Shown: positions 8,650-18,395 of the stretch, piece by piece
Layout of the letters: every line of letters starts with the position of its first letter
Numbering within the stretch: position 1 is the stretch's first letter
Source: an uncultured bacterium
Lineage (GTDB): Bacteria; Bacillota_I; Bacilli_A; RFN20; CAG-826
Direction of reading: 5' to 3'
DNA length: 64,000 bases
Assembly: GCA_949296775.1 (NCBI GenBank)
Contig: CASFQA010000004.1
Location: forward strand, 3,698 to 67,697
Notes under the pieces: generated by a model
The model's database searches: none
What the model saw: only the letters and a program-made list of their open reading frames with translations
What the model was told of the DNA's origin: nothing
Made by a program: the position numbers and the translations under genes

Positions 8650-10122
8650 ATGGATAAAATCGAACCCCTCAAAACATACTTAGGGCAGTTGCGGCATTAC
8701 CGGCACCTCTCCGCGATCGTTAATTTCGATTTGGAGACGATTTGCCCTGACTCCGGCCAAGCCCAGGAGGCGGCTTTACTCCCTTTTATCCAAACGAAGA
8801 TTGACGATATCTATTCCGATGGGCAATTCCAAATAGCTTTGAAGGAAACGGCTCAGCAGGATCTTGATCCCTTCCAGCGGCGCCTAGTCGATATCCATTT
8901 ACGGGAAATCGATTACCTAAGCAAAACCACCGCCGAGGAAAGGGAAGGCATCCGTCAAGCCTATAACGATTCAATGGTCAGCTGGCGGAAAGCCCGACAG
9001 CTCAACTCGTTCGAATACTATTTGCCCTACTTCGAATCCCTCATCAAAGCCGCTCAGAAAGAAGCCGCTTTCCGCCGGAAGAACGAATCAACCCTTTACG
9101 AGGTCTGCCTCTATCGCTCGGACCTGGGCTTAAAGGAAAAAGAGCTGGATCGCCTCTTCGGCGAACTAGGGGAATTCATCCGCCAGAAACTGAAAGAGGT
9201 CGAATTGACCCCGCGGACCTTGAATTACGTCCTCATCCCCTCCCTCTCAATCGAGGAACAAAAACGACTATCCCGGAAAGCCTTGGAACTGATTGGGTTC
9301 GATTTTTCCGGCGGGGCCATCAGCACTTCGATACATCCATTCTCGGATTTCTTCGCCCCGGGCGACTCCCGCCTCACCAACCGTTATGACGCGGATGATT
9401 GGCGAAGCGCTTTATTCACCGCTTTCCACGAAGGCGGCCATTGCCTCCAATTCCAAGGATGGGATCGGAATCACTTTGATTTGTATTTGGAAAACACCGC
9501 TTCGATGGCCAATTGCGAAACCCATTCCCGCCTATTTGAGAACCTGATTGGCCGCAGCTACGGCTTAACTCCGACGATCATGAAGATGGTCGAGGAAATC
9601 AAAGGCGAGCCCTTAGAGGTGAGCCAGCGCGATTTCTATCGTCATTTGAACCAAGTCTCCCCTTCCTTGATCCGAACAGAGGCCGACGAACTCACTTATT
9701 CATTGCACATCATCATCCGTTACGAGATCGAACGCGATTTGATTAATGGCAAACTGTCGGCGAAAGACGCCAAGGCCGCTTGGGCGGAGAAGTACCGCCA
9801 TTACCTCGGTGTTGAGCCGAAAGACGACCTCACCGGCATCCTCCAAGACATCCATTGGACCGATGGTTCGTTTGGCTATTTCCCCGCCTATGCCTTAGGC
9901 AATCTTTACGGAGCCCAAATCATGGAAAGAATGGGCCGAGACATCGATATATTCGAATTGGATAAGGAAGGCAACCTTTCTCCGATACTCGCTTGGCTGC
10001 AGGAGCATGACTTCCCCTACGATTGCTTACCCGGGGAGGAATGGATAAAGCGAGTAAGCGGAAAGCCATTATCCGCTCGGCCGTTTATCGAATACCTCGA
10101 CGAAAAATACCCGATACTTTAA
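8650..10122 (+). CDS. carboxypeptidase, peptidase family M32
   Basis: HPF, HEGGH (HEXXH), IRTEADELTY, LQDIHW, GYFPAYALG. Confidence 0.93.
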   Translation: MDKIEPLKTYLGQLRHYRHLSAIVNFDLETICPDSGQAQEAALLPFIQTKIDDIYSDGQFQIALKETAQQDLDPFQRRLVDIHLREIDYLSKTTAEEREGIRQAYNDSMVSWRKARQLNSFEYYLPYFESLIKAAQKEAAFRRKNESTLYEVCLYRSDLGLKEKELDRLFGELGEFIRQKLKEVELTPRTLNYVLIPSLSIEEQKRLSRKALELIGFDFSGGAISTSIHPFSDFFAPGDSRLTNRYDADDWRSALFTAFHEGGHCLQFQGWDRNHFDLYLENTASMANCETHSRLFENLIGRSYGLTPTIMKMVEEIKGEPLEVSQRDFYRHLNQVSPSLIRTEADELTYSLHIIIRYEIERDLINGKLSAKDAKAAWAEKYRHYLGVEPKDDLTGILQDIHWTDGSFGYFPAYALGNLYGAQIMERMGRDIDIFELDKEGNLSPILAWLQEHDFPYDCLPGEEWIKRVSGKPLSARPFIEYLDEKYPIL

Positions 10123-10311
10123 TTGTTTATTCATTCGCTTAACGGCGAAGAAGATAAAGGGGGCGCCCCTTAAAGCGCAGCAGGAAAGGAAAGCCATTAC
10201 CCAGCCGCTAGCAAATGGGAAGCTAGGAACACGGCTCCAAAAAGTTTGACCTCGAGGGTATTGCGGTTTTATCGGGGACCGCGATCCTCTTCGAGGTCCA
10301 ACTTCCTAGGC

Positions 10312-10339
10312 AAAAAGGACCGCAAACCGCGGCCCTTTT
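10312..10339. terminator. bidirectional terminator between the M32 and M3 peptidase genes
   Basis: AAAAAGG-A-CCGC-loop-GCGG-CCCTTTT; T-run available on both strands. Confidence 0.7.
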
Positions 10340-10354
10340 GTCTATTATTTTCGC

Positions 10355-12061
10355 TTAATCCAAATCGTAGGATTTAAGTAACTTCGCCAGCGGAGCGATA
10401 GTCTTTTTGATAACGCCTTCTTGGAACGGATCCTTCATGTGGCATTTGGCGACCAATGTCCGGAAAGGATATTTACCCCCCAAAGCGCACAGCTTGAGGT
10501 AACGTTTCCAAGCCAAGTCGTGGTTCTTCCGATCGAGATTGAAGAACTCGAAGGCCATGACCTGAGCCAAGGTGTAGTCGATGTAATAGAAGGGATTGTC
10601 GAAGATATGGCCTTGGGTTAACCAACGATGACCGCTCGCCATGTATTCGCAATCGCCATAAGAAGCGACCTTATAGGGGGTGTATTTCTCCTCCAGCTCA
10701 TGCCATTTCGCGTCCCGCTCAGCGGGCGTGGCTTCCGGATTGGCGTAGACCCAATGCTGGAATTCATCGACCGTAACCCCGTAGGGAAGGAAGGTGATGG
10801 AAGAGGCAAGATGGAGATAACGGTATTTGACCGGCTCGTCGAAGAAGAGGTCCATATAAGGTTCGGCGAAGAACTCCATCGACATCGAGTCGATTTCGCA
10901 CGATTCCATAGTCGGCGAACGGTATTCGGGGATTTTGATGTTCCGCGCCATATACGCCTGGAAGGAATGGCCGAATTCATGGGTCAAAACGTCGACGTCG
11001 CCGGAGGTTCCGTTGAAGTTAGAGAAGATGAACGGAATCTGATAGACCGGGAAATAGGTCATGTAGCCGCCCGATTGCTTGCCTGGTTTGGCTTCGAGAT
11101 CCAAAACATGGTGATCGGCCATATAGGGGAAGAAATAAGCGGTTTCGGGGGACATGGCGGCATACATTTTCCTGGCCATCTCGACCTTATAGGCCGTATC
11201 GCCTTTCGGCAGGGGGTTGCCTTCTTTGAAGACAACGTTCATATCATAGACTTCCGGATGCTTGATACCTACCCGCTTGTACTGGGCTTTCATGATCTTG
11301 CTGGCCAAAGGAGTGACGAAATCGTGGATGGCTTCGCGATACTTCGCGACGTCCTCCTGGTTATAATCGAACCGATTCATGCGGATGTAAGCCAACTCGG
11401 TATAAGACTTATAGCCGAGCTTCTTGGCCATCCGATCGCGAACTTTGACGAGTTTGTCGTATATTTCCTCCAACTCATCCTTGATGGAAGAGAGGTAGCC
11501 ATAGTAGGCGTCGGCCGCCTCTTTCCTGGTTGTCCGATCGACGTCTTCCATGAACTTGCCCATCTGGGGAAGGTTATAGGTATTGCCGCGGAACTCGATT
11601 TGGGCCGAGGCGATTTTCTCGTCGTAAGCCATGGTGAGTTTGTTCTCTTCCACCGCTTCCTCGACGATTTTCTCGTCGAATGATTTAAGGGAATACTCGT
11701 ACATGGTAAAGAGGAAGGAGCCGAACTTTTGCTCCATCTCCGCCCTAAAAGGGGAGGAAAGGAGGGCGGCGGCGTATTTATTCTCGCTGGCGCTGATCAG
11801 GGGGCTGCCTTCGTTAAGGACGTTCATCCCCTTTTTGTAAAGCTTATTGGTGGTGTCGATGGTATAGCGAACCGAGACGAGGGTGAACTCGTTGTTGATC
11901 TTGTCGCTGATCCGATTGTGTTTTTTGACCGCGGCGATGGCTTGTTTGGCCGAAGTGGCGTTTTTCAGTTCCTCGGTCACGGCCTCGATTTTCTTCACCG
12001 CCCCTTTAATGGAGGGAATTTTGTAAGGCCATTGCTCGAAGACCGGTAATTCTTTTTGCAT
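10355..12061 (-). CDS. pepF: oligoendopeptidase F, peptidase family M3B
   Basis: KPGKQSGGY, FIFSNFNGT, HEFGH, PFYYIDY; AAGGAG SD. Confidence 0.88.
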   Translation of the reverse strand: MQKELPVFEQWPYKIPSIKGAVKKIEAVTEELKNATSAKQAIAAVKKHNRISDKINNEFTLVSVRYTIDTTNKLYKKGMNVLNEGSPLISASENKYAAALLSSPFRAEMEQKFGSFLFTMYEYSLKSFDEKIVEEAVEENKLTMAYDEKIASAQIEFRGNTYNLPQMGKFMEDVDRTTRKEAADAYYGYLSSIKDELEEIYDKLVKVRDRMAKKLGYKSYTELAYIRMNRFDYNQEDVAKYREAIHDFVTPLASKIMKAQYKRVGIKHPEVYDMNVVFKEGNPLPKGDTAYKVEMARKMYAAMSPETAYFFPYMADHHVLDLEAKPGKQSGGYMTYFPVYQIPFIFSNFNGTSGDVDVLTHEFGHSFQAYMARNIKIPEYRSPTMESCEIDSMSMEFFAEPYMDLFFDEPVKYRYLHLASSITFLPYGVTVDEFQHWVYANPEATPAERDAKWHELEEKYTPYKVASYGDCEYMASGHRWLTQGHIFDNPFYYIDYTLAQVMAFEFFNLDRKNHDLAWKRYLKLCALGGKYPFRTLVAKCHMKDPFQEGVIKKTIAPLAKLLKSYDLD

Positions 12062-12134
12062 ATATATCTCCTTGATAGCAACGAATTATAGATGTTTATT
12101 CCTTCTTTAAGAAGGAAAATAACCAGCAAAATAT

Positions 12135-12163
12135 TTGCAAAGGTTAATCGAGGCTCCTAAAAT
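12135..12163 (+). promoter_or_regulatory. promoter of the NifU-like gene
   Basis: TTGCAA-17 nt-TAAAAT. Confidence 0.65.
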
Positions 12164-12173
12164 GCCCTCCGTT

Positions 12174-12476
12174 ATGAACACTCAAGACACCGAAAAAGCC
12201 ATCCAGGCCACCCTCGATAAAATCCGACCCTTCCTCCGCCGAGATGGCGGCGACATCGATTATATCGGCTTCCGGGACGGCATCGTTTACGTTGCGATGG
12301 TCGGGGCCTGCGAAGGCTGCGCTTTGGCTAACGAAGACATTTCGGCAGGGGTCGAAATCATCGTAATGGAAGAAGTCCCCGGGGTCATGGCGGTCAAAGC
12401 CACGGACGTACCCGCCGACATGATGGAAGAATATTTGAAGAAAAAGGAAGCGGGTTCCTCACTTGCCCAGCAATAG
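12174..12476 (+). CDS. NifU/Nfu-type Fe-S carrier protein
   Basis: IRPFLRRDGGDI..GACEGC (CxxC) Nfu domain; start placed at ATG 12174 because the upstream ATG lies inside the -10 box. Confidence 0.88.
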   Translation: MNTQDTEKAIQATLDKIRPFLRRDGGDIDYIGFRDGIVYVAMVGACEGCALANEDISAGVEIIVMEEVPGVMAVKATDVPADMMEEYLKKKEAGSSLAQQ

Positions 12477-13247
12477 ATTGCTTTCTTTATTGGCCATCAC
12501 GTAGCCGTTTCGGTTATAGACGTCTTCCCGATTATAAGATAATTTTGCCCCGCTCGGCTCGACCATTATTCCACCGGCCTCGGTTAATATAAGATCGCCG
12601 GAAGCGACGTCCCACTCTTTGGTTCCGCCGGAAATCCGGATATAGAAGTCAAACTTGCCTTCGGCTAGATAAGCGAACTTAAGGGCCGCCCCGACTGGAG
12701 TCGCTTCGCCTTCAAAGCGGTCTTGGTTCCTTTCCATGAAGGCCCTTTCCAAATCGTTGAAATGAGATATCGACCGCATGGCCTTTAATTCATGGTCTTT
12801 CTCGCTGACATGGAGGCGGACCGGCTTATGCGAGCTGTCCTCCACATAAGCTCCTTGGCCTTTTATCGCATAATAAAGGCGGTCTAAAACCGGGGCGTAA
12901 ATAACGCCGACGACGATTTCATGATCGACGCACAAAGCGATGTTGACGGTGAATTCATCGGTCTTTTTTACGAATTCGCTGGTTCCGTCAACCGGATCGA
13001 TGATCCATATGGCTTTCTGATGAAGCCGCTGCTTGGTATCTTGGCTTTCCTCGGTTAAAAACCCGATTTCCGGAAAGCGAGCGGAAAGAAATTCCCTTAA
13101 GTAAGCGTCGTTGGCTTTATCGGCTTTGGTAACCGGGGAATCGTCGTCTTTTATCTCAACCGCGAATGGCGAATGATAGATGGAAAGGATAAGTTCCCGA
13201 CTATGGGGAAGGGCTTCCTTGATCGCGGCCAAATATTGTTCGTACAT
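12459..13247 (-). CDS. cysQ: 3'(2'),5'-bisphosphate nucleotidase, inositol monophosphatase family
   Basis: DDSPVTKAD, TEES, WIIDPVDGTSEF, KEWDVASG. Confidence 0.85.
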   Translation of the reverse strand: MYEQYLAAIKEALPHSRELILSIYHSPFAVEIKDDDSPVTKADKANDAYLREFLSARFPEIGFLTEESQDTKQRLHQKAIWIIDPVDGTSEFVKKTDEFTVNIALCVDHEIVVGVIYAPVLDRLYYAIKGQGAYVEDSSHKPVRLHVSEKDHELKAMRSISHFNDLERAFMERNQDRFEGEATPVGAALKFAYLAEGKFDFYIRISGGTKEWDVASGDLILTEAGGIMVEPSGAKLSYNREDVYNRNGYVMANKESNLLLGK

Positions 13248-13249
13248 CT

Positions 13250-14218
13250 TTATTCCTCCGGTTTCCCATTATATAGGGAAGCGGCGCTGCAGGCATCGAT
13301 AATCGCTTGGGTCGGGCAATCGGAAGCCGATTTATAATCGATCCCGGACGCAAAGCGGTGACCTCCGCCTCCAAATGAGGCGGCGATCGGCTGAACTTCG
13401 TAATTGGCGTTCGAGCGGAGCTCAACCCTAACCGCCCCGTTTTCATCTTCGGTGAACAAAAGGTAAACCTTGCACCGCTTGACTCCGGCAAGGGAATTGA
13501 CCAAGTCCCCGGCTTCTTTGAAGGAAAGTCCGAATTTCTGCCAATCCTCGGCCTTCATATAGGCGTAAGTCACGCCCTTTTCGTGCCGGGCCTGCTTTTT
13601 AAGATAGCCGATGTAGCGTTTGACTTCCGGGGGCTGGTAAAAGGCCAGATCGATGATTTTCTTTGGGTCGATTCCTTGCCGAATCAGTAAGCTGGCGAGG
13701 TGAAAAGTATGCTGAGTGGTCCCGTGGAAGGCAAAATGGCCGGAATCGGTAAGAATCCCGAGGTAGAAGGCAGCGGCCGATGAAGGGGGGATATAGAGTT
13801 TGTTATCCAAGCAAAAATCCACCACGACCTCAGCGCAGGAAACCCGTTCGGGCTCCAGCGCGAAGGGGAAAGGGAAGGATTCGTTTTCATGAGGCGTATG
13901 ATGGTCGAATTTAATCCAATATGCGCATCGATTAACCGACTCCATCTCAACCCGACGAAGGCAAGATACATCGACGATGATCCCCAAAGACCCCTGAATT
14001 AGGCTCTCGTCTATATGGTCCATTTCGCCAAAATAATTGGCCAATTGCGGGATTCCCGTCCCGATTGCGTAGATTCCTTTCTCCGGGAAGGCGAAGCGCA
14101 AGACATCCCTTAGACCGATTTGGCAACCATAGCAATCCCCATCGGGGAGGGCATGGCCGTAGATGAGGATACGCTGGTAGGAGGCGATTATGTCGAATAG
14201 TTCTCGGTACTTCTGCAT
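13250..14218 (-). CDS. nrnA: DHH/DHHA1 phosphoesterase (nanoRNase/pAp phosphatase)
   Basis: HALPDGDC, DVS, DHH, GILTDSG, GGGGHRFASG; start trimmed to MQKYREL. Confidence 0.88.
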   Translation of the reverse strand: MQKYRELFDIIASYQRILIYGHALPDGDCYGCQIGLRDVLRFAFPEKGIYAIGTGIPQLANYFGEMDHIDESLIQGSLGIIVDVSCLRRVEMESVNRCAYWIKFDHHTPHENESFPFPFALEPERVSCAEVVVDFCLDNKLYIPPSSAAAFYLGILTDSGHFAFHGTTQHTFHLASLLIRQGIDPKKIIDLAFYQPPEVKRYIGYLKKQARHEKGVTYAYMKAEDWQKFGLSFKEAGDLVNSLAGVKRCKVYLLFTEDENGAVRVELRSNANYEVQPIAASFGGGGHRFASGIDYKSASDCPTQAIIDACSAASLYNGKPEE

Positions 14219-14311
14219 AAGGAAGCCGATTACTCTAGCAAAAAGGGGAAAAGAAAGCAAAGAAAGAAAAAATCGGCTCACAGAGCCGAAATTTTCCCAT
14301 TCAATAAATAA

Positions 14312-14743
14312 CTATTCGTTGTTTTGCTCGGAAGAGTAGGAGTTAAACTCGCCTTCGCTCTTCTCCTCGCCTTCGTCCGGAGAATCCCAGTCGCTGCTTT
14401 GGGAAGTCGGTTGTCCGCCGACCGATTTGTCGTAATCCTCGTTTTCCTTGATATCGGTTTCCGAGAGGTCGGCGCTTTCTTCCATATCCTGGTAGACCTC
14501 GCTCACGTCATCGGGGGAATATTTATGCCGCGACTTGAGGTCCCAAGTGTTATTGGCCAAGCAAAGCAAAGAGCCGGAAAGGGAAAGGTCGGTATAGAAA
14601 TGGCCGATCCGCGAAGCCTCTTCTTCCTCGCTGATGGCGCAGGCTTCTTTGACCTTCTTCCAAAGGTCCTCGAACTTCATCGGTTCAGAGGCGGCGGTAA
14701 TGATCTCCATCGCCGCGTCGATCATGGAAATTTTCTCGTTCAT
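14312..14743 (-). CDS. rpoE: RNA polymerase delta subunit
   Basis: FYTDLSLSG...NTWDLKSRH N-terminal domain plus acidic tail; next to argS as in Bacillus. Confidence 0.85.
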   Translation of the reverse strand: MNEKISMIDAAMEIITAASEPMKFEDLWKKVKEACAISEEEEASRIGHFYTDLSLSGSLLCLANNTWDLKSRHKYSPDDVSEVYQDMEESADLSETDIKENEDYDKSVGGQPTSQSSDWDSPDEGEEKSEGEFNSYSSEQNNE

Positions 14744-14767
14744 GGTTTTATTGTTATCTCCTGATAA

Positions 14768-16390
14768 TCACATTTTGCTCGGGGATGAAACACCGAGGAG
14801 GGAGAGGGCGTTCTTAAGAACGATCTCACAGGCTTTTATAAGCGCAAGATGGGAGGAAGTCAACGAAATGTTGCTCCGATCGATAATCCGGGTCTTGGCA
14901 TAGTATTCGTGAATCAACTCCGCCGCCTTATGGATATAGGCGCAAAGCTTGTGGGGGGCACGTTCGGCGGCGAAGCTGACCAAGCTGGCTTGGAAGGAGG
15001 CCAAGTGCTTTAAGATGGCGGTTTCCTCTTCGCTTTCCAACCCCTTGCCGGTTTCATCGAGGGGGATATCCGCCCCTAAACCGAGCAACGAACAGCAACG
15101 CGCGTGGGCGTATTGGGCATAAAAGACCGGGTTGGCCGAGCTTTGGTCCATCGCCAGATTGTAATCGAAATCGAGATGCGAGGATTGGCTTCTTTCGGCG
15201 AATAGGTAACGGACGGCGTCCTTGCCGACTTCCGCCACCAATTCGCGATGGGTGATGGCCTTGCCGGTCCGTTTGCTCATCCTCACTTCCTCGCCGTCGC
15301 GGAACGTCCGGACCACTTGGACGAGCTCGACTTCAAGGCTATCCGATGGGTATCCCTTCATCATCAAAGCCGATTTCATTCGGTTGATGTAGCCGTGATG
15401 ATCGGCCCCTAAGACATCGATCAGCAAATCGAATCCCCGGTTCATTTTGTCGTAGTGATAGCAGATGTCGGGCATAAAATAGGTGTACTGACCATTGCTT
15501 TTGACGATCGGGCGGTCTTTGTCATCGAGGAACTGACTGGTTTTTAAATACTTAGCCCCGTCCTGCTCGTAAATATAGGGCGAGAGCTCTTCCATCGTCT
15601 TCTCGATGGTGTGGCCTTTGCGAATATTCGATTCATAGGAGAAGACATCGAACCGGACTTGGAAATCCGCCAAATCTTTCTTGATTTTATCGAGCTCGGC
15701 CTCGATGCCGTAATGGATGAAGAAGTCATGGGACTCGGGGGTATCGGCCAAATACTTGTCGCCATAACGTTCTTTGATCGTTTCGGCGATGGCAATAAGG
15801 TCGGAGCCATGGTAATCATCTTCGTCCAAGGCTAAAGGCTCCCCGAAAAGCTCATGGTAACGGCCGCGAATCGAATGGCCGAGGTGTTCGACCTGATTGC
15901 CGCAATCGTTGAGATAATATTCACGGGTAACGTCATAGCCGGCCCAATCCAGCAGGTTGGAGATGACATCCCCCACCACCGCGATCCGGGTATGGCCCAA
16001 ATGGAGGTCGCCGGTCGGATTGGCGGAGACGAATTCGACGTTGATCTTCTTGCCGTTCCGCGGGCTCCTCCCATACTGGTCACCTTCATCGAAAATCTTC
16101 TTGATGATGCCTTGGAGGGCGTCTTTCCGCATGAAGAAATTGATGAAGCCGGGCCCGGCCACCTCGATATGGTCAACGTTGGGGTTTTGCAAACTCGATT
16201 GCAAAGCCAGGGCCAATTCCCGGGGATTCTTTCCCAACCGTTTGGCGAATTTCATCGCGGAGTTGGTCGAATAATCGCCGTGGCTTGGGTCCTTGCTCGT
16301 CTCGATGACGATATCTTCCGGCTGCAAAGCCAGGCCATATGCGCCAAGCGCTTCAATCAAGGATTGTTTAAGGGAATCGAGATTAGTCAT
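14768..16390 (-). CDS. argS: arginine--tRNA ligase
   Basis: HGDYSTN, EFVSANPTGDLHLGH (HIGH-like), GADHHGY, MSKRTG, YAQYAHAR. Confidence 0.97.
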   Translation of the reverse strand: MTNLDSLKQSLIEALGAYGLALQPEDIVIETSKDPSHGDYSTNSAMKFAKRLGKNPRELALALQSSLQNPNVDHIEVAGPGFINFFMRKDALQGIIKKIFDEGDQYGRSPRNGKKINVEFVSANPTGDLHLGHTRIAVVGDVISNLLDWAGYDVTREYYLNDCGNQVEHLGHSIRGRYHELFGEPLALDEDDYHGSDLIAIAETIKERYGDKYLADTPESHDFFIHYGIEAELDKIKKDLADFQVRFDVFSYESNIRKGHTIEKTMEELSPYIYEQDGAKYLKTSQFLDDKDRPIVKSNGQYTYFMPDICYHYDKMNRGFDLLIDVLGADHHGYINRMKSALMMKGYPSDSLEVELVQVVRTFRDGEEVRMSKRTGKAITHRELVAEVGKDAVRYLFAERSQSSHLDFDYNLAMDQSSANPVFYAQYAHARCCSLLGLGADIPLDETGKGLESEEETAILKHLASFQASLVSFAAERAPHKLCAYIHKAAELIHEYYAKTRIIDRSNISLTSSHLALIKACEIVLKNALSLLGVSSPSKM

Positions 16391-16874
16391 TTTCTTTCCT
16401 TTCCAGCAAAACGGTGCTGACCGCGCGGATGGCCTCCCCGCGGCCGACCGCGTCCAAGCCCTCGTTGCTCATCGCTTGGAATCCGATCTGATCAAGCGAG
16501 AGGCCAAGCAAAGAGGCGATGTTTTGGCGAATGGCTTCGCGATAAGGGTTCAGCTTCGGCCGTTCGGCGAATAAGAGCAAGTCGATGTTGCTGATCGCAT
16601 AAGGCGATTCGTCGACGAGTTCTTTCACTTTCAAGAGCAGCCGGCATGAGTCCGCCCCTTCATAAGCCGGGTCGTCGGGAGGGAAATAAACGCCGATGTC
16701 GCCAAGCGCGAGCCCGCCAAGCAGGGAATCCATCAAGGCATGGAGAAGGCAATCGGCATCGCTATGTCCAAGCAGCCCCTTCTCATAGGGGATCTCAACC
16801 CCGCCAAGGATCAGTTTTCGTCCTTCGACAAGCCGATGGATATCCTCTCCATAGCCGATGCGGTAACGGTTCAT
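16383..16874 (-). CDS. ispF: 2-C-methyl-D-erythritol 2,4-cyclodiphosphate synthase
   Basis: RIGYGEDIH, GHSDAD, GDIG.YFPP motifs. Confidence 0.95.
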   Translation of the reverse strand: MNRYRIGYGEDIHRLVEGRKLILGGVEIPYEKGLLGHSDADCLLHALMDSLLGGLALGDIGVYFPPDDPAYEGADSCRLLLKVKELVDESPYAISNIDLLLFAERPKLNPYREAIRQNIASLLGLSLDQIGFQAMSNEGLDAVGRGEAIRAVSTVLLERKEND

Positions 16875-17983
16875 ACGTTGAAGCGGAAGAAGACGCAGTC
16901 GCCGTCTTTCATCCGGTACTCCTTTCCTTCCATTCGCAGTTTCCCGGCTTCTTTGACCGCGGTTTCCGAACCGAGTTCCTTCAAATCCTCAAAAGTATAG
17001 ATCTCCGCTTTGATGAAGCCTTTCTGAAAATCGGTATGGATGATGCCGGCGCATTCGGGGGCACTCATCCCGTTATGGAAAGTCCAAGCCCGGCATTCAT
17101 CGGACCCGCAGGTGAAAAACGTCGAGAGGTTAAGCAGTTTGTAACAGGCCTTAACCAATTTATCGAGCCCCGATTCCGCCGCGCCCAGGGTTTCGAGGAA
17201 TTCTTTCCGTTCACTGGGGTCTTGAATCTGGGAGATCTCATATTCGATTTCGCAGGAAACCGGGATGCACTGGGCGCCTTGGCTCTCGGCGATCTTCTTA
17301 ACCGTTTGATAATGGGCGCATGAATCGAGGTCGGTGTAATCGGAATCGGCGACGTTGGCCACGTAAATAATCGGCTTTAAGGTCAGCAGGAAAAACTTCT
17401 TTCGGGCATACTCAATCTGCTCTTCGGACAGCCCTTTGCATAGCCTTGCGGGCAGGCCATCGCTTAAGGTTTTCTGCAAAGGCTCAAGAATCGCCATCTC
17501 GTAGGCCGCTTCCTTATCGTGGGCGACCCGGGCTTTGATTCCTTGCTTGGCGATTCGATTGGTGACGGTATCGAGGTCAGCCATGGTGAGCTCCAAATCG
17601 ATGGTCTCGATGTCGCGGGCGGGATCAACTGAGTTCTCGACATGGATAACCTCATCGTTTTCGAAGCAGCGAACGACCTCGCATATAGCGTCCGACTCGC
17701 GGATGGCGGCGAGGAATTGGTTCCCCAGCCCTTCCCCTTTGCTCGCCCCTTTGACCAACCCGGCGATATCATAAAACTCGAAAGTCGCGTTGATCTTTCT
17801 TTGGGGGTGGAAAAGGTCGTTTAGATAATCCAGCCGCTCATCGGGGACGATGACGACCCCGGTGTTGGGCTTAATGGTGGCGAATGGGTAATTGGCCGCC
17901 TCGGCGTGAGAGTTGGTAATGGCATTGAATAGGGTCGATTTGCCAACGTTAGGCAATCCGACGATTCCGGCTTTTAATGGCAT
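16871..17983 (-). CDS. ychF: redox-regulated ATPase YchF
   Basis: [58 protein letters not shown]; start trimmed to MPLKAG. Confidence 0.97.
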   Translation of the reverse strand: MPLKAGIVGLPNVGKSTLFNAITNSHAEAANYPFATIKPNTGVVIVPDERLDYLNDLFHPQRKINATFEFYDIAGLVKGASKGEGLGNQFLAAIRESDAICEVVRCFENDEVIHVENSVDPARDIETIDLELTMADLDTVTNRIAKQGIKARVAHDKEAAYEMAILEPLQKTLSDGLPARLCKGLSEEQIEYARKKFFLLTLKPIIYVANVADSDYTDLDSCAHYQTVKKIAESQGAQCIPVSCEIEYEISQIQDPSERKEFLETLGAAESGLDKLVKACYKLLNLSTFFTCGSDECRAWTFHNGMSAPECAGIIHTDFQKGFIKAEIYTFEDLKELGSETAVKEAGKLRMEGKEYRMKDGDCVFFRFNV

Positions 17984-18042
17984 AAGTGCAAACCTCGGAT
18001 AAAGCGAAGCAATTCTACTCACTTTCTAGTGTAAACACTAGA

Positions 18043-18075
18043 GAAAAAGAAAAGCCTTACGAACAAGGTAAGGCT
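18043..18075 (-). terminator. terminator after the cold-shock gene
   Basis: AGCCTTAC/GTAAGGCT stem followed on the minus strand by TTTCTTTTT. Confidence 0.75.
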
Positions 18076-18096
18076 CAGAAGTGCACTGACGGCAAA

Positions 18097-18309
18097 TTAT
18101 TCAGCGATTTTCTTAACGTTCGCCGCGCGCGGCCCACGATCCGACTCTTGGACATCAAACTCGACGTGCTCGCCCTTATCGGCGATCTTATAAGCGTCGG
18201 GTTCGTCCATAATGAGGGCGGAATAGTGGAAGAAGTAGTCACGGTTGTCTTCGGCGTGGATGAAACCGTAGCCCTTCTCTTTGTTGAACATCTTGACTGT
18301 TCCCTTCAT
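18097..18309 (-). CDS. cold-shock domain protein
   Basis: MKGTVKMFN.EKGYGFI (RNP1), FFHYS (RNP2), VEFDV, GPRAANV. Confidence 0.95.
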   Translation of the reverse strand: MKGTVKMFNKEKGYGFIHAEDNRDYFFHYSALIMDEPDAYKIADKGEHVEFDVQESDRGPRAANVKKIAE

Positions 18310-18395
18310 GAGACCTCTAACCTTCCTGGCCTTCGCTAGTTCGAATGACCGGGGTTAATATACAACGAAGGGGGACGGGTTTAAACAAAATTTAG

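Noticed and set aside
10176-10200. SRP RNA suggested by GCAGCAGGAAAGGAAAGCC
   Set aside because: Does not form the helix-8 TCC-GNRA-GGA hairpin with CAGG/AGCA internal loops
10628-11683. 351-aa plus-strand ORF antisense to pepF (also 29581-30477 opposite rny, 53101-53772 opposite the lipoproteins, 15854-16420, 45904-46488, 14324-14764 and many shorter ones)
   Set aside because: Shadow ORFs caused by the C-ending codon bias of the real genes; no motifs, RBS or family resemblance
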